Shown here in pieces: positions 61,830 to 64,000 of a stretch of DNA of 64,000 nucleotides. Made by a program: the position numbers and the translations under genes. The DNA comes from an uncultured Nitrospiraceae bacterium (GTDB lineage: Bacteria; Nitrospirota; Thermodesulfovibrionia; Thermodesulfovibrionales; UBA6898). How positions within the stretch are numbered: the stretch's first letter is position 1; the number at the start of each line of letters is the position of its first letter. The notes under the pieces are model-generated. The model worked only from the letters and a program-made list of their open reading frames with translations, searched no databases and was not told the origin of the DNA. The stretch is taken from assembly GCA_963811165.1 (NCBI GenBank), contig CAWEQH010000008.1:288001-352000 (forward strand), written 5' to 3'.

Positions 61830-62588
61830 ATGGAACCCTATAAGACAGTACCCGTCCTGAAGATCAAAGAGGGGTCGGCAATGGAGACAGAGGACCTCAT
61901 CGCCGTCGAAAAAAAGCTGGAGATTTCGGTAAACGGCAGGAGCGTGATCGGCCTTTATTGCACGCCTCTTATGGTCCGTGAACTCGTAACCGGCATAATC
62001 CATGATGAAGGACTCATATCGGGCGAGTGGTGTGCGGAGAGGATGACTATCGAATACGGCGATGAGATCAAGGTGGATGTCCCCTCGTCGGGCACCCTCA
62101 ATGAAGGGCGGAGGACGGTCACTTCCGGCTGTGCAGGCGGTATCAGTTTCGGAAGGGAGTTGGAGGCGAAGATTACCGACGGCGTTTCATTCCGTCAAGA
62201 GAGGATTAAAGCCCTATTCAGGGAGTTTCATCAGAAATCCGATACCTATAAGCTCACCGGAGGGGTGCATAGCGCAGCTTTGACCGACGGCGAAAAAATA
62301 CTTGCCTTTGCGGAAGACATAGGAAGACACAACGCCGTGGATAAGGTCATCGGATATTGTCTCCTCGAAAACCTTCCCTTTGAAGGCACGATCATGCTGG
62401 CCAGCGGAAGGCTTTCTTCGGAGATCGTATCGAAATGCGCGCGGTGCGGGATACCAGTCCTTGTCAGCAGGGCGGCTCCGACGAGTCTTGCGATAAAGAT
62501 AGCCGAATCATCCGGCCTCACCGTTATCGGCTTTGTCCGCGGAGAGCGCATGAACGTGTATACGGGAAGACAACGGATACTCCTCTAA
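61830..62588 (+). CDS. fdhD: Formate dehydrogenase accessory sulfurtransferase
   Basis: TSGCAGG, TGGVHSAA, EDIGRHNAVDKVIG, SGRLSSE, APTSLA. Confidence 0.93.
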   Translation: MEPYKTVPVLKIKEGSAMETEDLIAVEKKLEISVNGRSVIGLYCTPLMVRELVTGIIHDEGLISGEWCAERMTIEYGDEIKVDVPSSGTLNEGRRTVTSGCAGGISFGRELEAKITDGVSFRQERIKALFREFHQKSDTYKLTGGVHSAALTDGEKILAFAEDIGRHNAVDKVIGYCLLENLPFEGTIMLASGRLSSEIVSKCARCGIPVLVSRAAPTSLAIKIAESSGLTVIGFVRGERMNVYTGRQRILL

Positions 62589-62735
62589 ATACCTGACTCC
62601 TGAACAATTCTATAGAATTTTACTGAATTGTCACTAATCTGCAAAAAACCCTTTTCATCCTAAATTAGGCGGCAGGGACAGTTTCATTTTGAAAAAAAAT
62701 ATGGATTTAGTTTTCGAAACTGCTATAATGTGCCC

Positions 62736-63410
62736 ATGAAGCGGATTTTATTGGTAGCCGTTTTTGTCCTCCTTACCTATACGATTTCCCATGCCCAGCC
62801 CGTGGCCCGCTTTGCGCAGGTTGAGCAGGATTTCGGTACCGTAGCTGATAAGGACATGATTGAGCATGTCTTTGAATTCACGAATGCCGGAGACAGCGAC
62901 CTGGTAATAGAAAAAGTCGTAGCGACCGCGGGCAATACCAAGGCAAAGGCCAGTGCCGGCCGTTTTAAACAGGGAGAAAAGGGGAGCATCACCGTAGTAG
63001 TAGATATGCGGGGGAAAAAGGGGATTTTCCTAAAAACTGTAGACGTATATACAAATGACCCGATAACACCCGTCACGACTTTGTCGGTAAAGATTTCAGC
63101 CAAGGACCGGATCCATATGGGCCAGTACAAGGCGACCGACATATTCCAGGAAGACTGCAAGTCATGCCATGTGGAGCGCGGGAGAGGGAAAAAGGGGTGG
63201 GACCTGTTCAAGGCGGATTGTTTTATGTGTCACAATGCGGGCAAAAATACATCGCTGTCGACAATGAGCAAAAAACCGGTGAAGGAAATGCTCAAGTCGA
63301 TCAGGGAGGGCGTTGCAAATACCCTTATGCCTGGATTCGATGTCAGTAACGGAGGCCCTCTGGACGAATCCGACATCCAGTCCCTGATCGAATTAATCAA
63401 TCCTGAATAA
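62736..63410 (+). CDS. Exported DUF1573 (Ig-like) protein fused to a c-type cytochrome region with two CxxCH motifs
   Basis: Signal peptide, DFGTV..HVFEFTNAG, VYTNDP, CKSCH, CFMCH, distal MPGF. Confidence 0.8.
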   Translation: MKRILLVAVFVLLTYTISHAQPVARFAQVEQDFGTVADKDMIEHVFEFTNAGDSDLVIEKVVATAGNTKAKASAGRFKQGEKGSITVVVDMRGKKGIFLKTVDVYTNDPITPVTTLSVKISAKDRIHMGQYKATDIFQEDCKSCHVERGRGKKGWDLFKADCFMCHNAGKNTSLSTMSKKPVKEMLKSIREGVANTLMPGFDVSNGGPLDESDIQSLIELINPE

Positions 63411-63533
63411 AGATTCGGTGTCTTATCCCCGCAGAACGCCGGGAGATCCTTTTCATGATGTCGCCTGAGAATTCCACTTTTCCGCTACAATCACTTTTTT
63501 GCATCTTTCTCCCTAAAATAATATGATCTAAAT

Positions 63534-64000
63534 ATGGCAGAAACGTGGCGACTGATAGATTCCGGTCCCTGTAGCGCATCGTACAATATGGCGCTCGACG
63601 AGGCGATTGCCACCCATCTGCGCAGAGAAGGCCTTCCGCCTGTGCTGAGACTCTACAGATGGGACCGGCCCTCAGTAAGCCTCGGGTGTTTCCAGAAGAC
63701 CTCGGATGTCGATATCGAATACTGCGGGGCAGAGGATATCCCGATAGTCAGACGACCTACCGGCGGCAGGGCGATACTCCATGACGACGAACTGACCTAC
63801 AGTTTTTCCGCAGGGACTGTCCATGGGCCTTTTTCGAAAGGGCTTCTGGATAGCTACAAAAAGATAAGCGCCGCATTTCGCCTGGCCTTCAAAAAGATCG
63901 ACGTATCCGCCGAATCGAAGCCCCGAAGAGAGAGGGGAAGGGTGCTTGCGGGCAGCCCCATGTGCTTTCAGTCCAGTTCCTACGGAGAAATACTTGTCCG
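63534..64000 (+). CDS. Lipoate-protein ligase/octanoyltransferase family protein (runs off the window)
   Basis: Hand translation MAETWRLIDSG..YNMALDEAI, LRLYRW, SLGCFQ, VRRPTGGRAILH. Confidence 0.88.
   Translation, partial: MAETWRLIDSGPCSASYNMALDEAIATHLRREGLPPVLRLYRWDRPSVSLGCFQKTSDVDIEYCGAEDIPIVRRPTGGRAILHDDELTYSFSAGTVHGPFSKGLLDSYKKISAAFRLAFKKIDVSAESKPRRERGRVLAGSPMCFQSSSYGEILV

Overview
Bacterial chromosomal segment. Gene content and order (rpmE-DUF1385-prfA-prmC...murA, rpiB-glyA-nrdR, NuoEF-type formate dehydrogenase, IPTL-CTERM surface protein) suggest an anaerobic diderm such as a Nitrospirota or deltaproteobacteria-like lineage; this is inference. Housekeeping genes (tgt, rpiB, glyA, nrdR, rpmE, prfA, prmC, murA, mscS, mscL, fdhD, three tRNAs) are interleaved with accessory blocks. 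These are a XhoI/PaeR7I-like restriction-modification pair, c-di-GMP proteins, a 1974-aa IPTL-CTERM surface protein, a c-di-AMP riboswitch upstream of kimA, and a selenocysteine formate dehydrogenase with electron-bifurcation signatures. The most unusual region is 38.7-48.7 kb, with this gene order: stand-alone NifA/Fis-type HTH, porin, APC permease with a DxDG-repeat loop, PP2C phosphatase-Ser/Thr kinase fusion, degenerate P-II, small DMT-like protein, Amt with an altered binding site, P-II remnant, and Kup. Two of its promoters share an identical layout of tandem ACA-N4-TGT palindromes 45 bp upstream of a sigma54-type TGGCATG. There are also two families of small inverted-repeat elements. 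Many genes, including essential prfA, are split by single-base indels, probably sequencing errors. All family assignments come from motif recognition by eye, without database searches.
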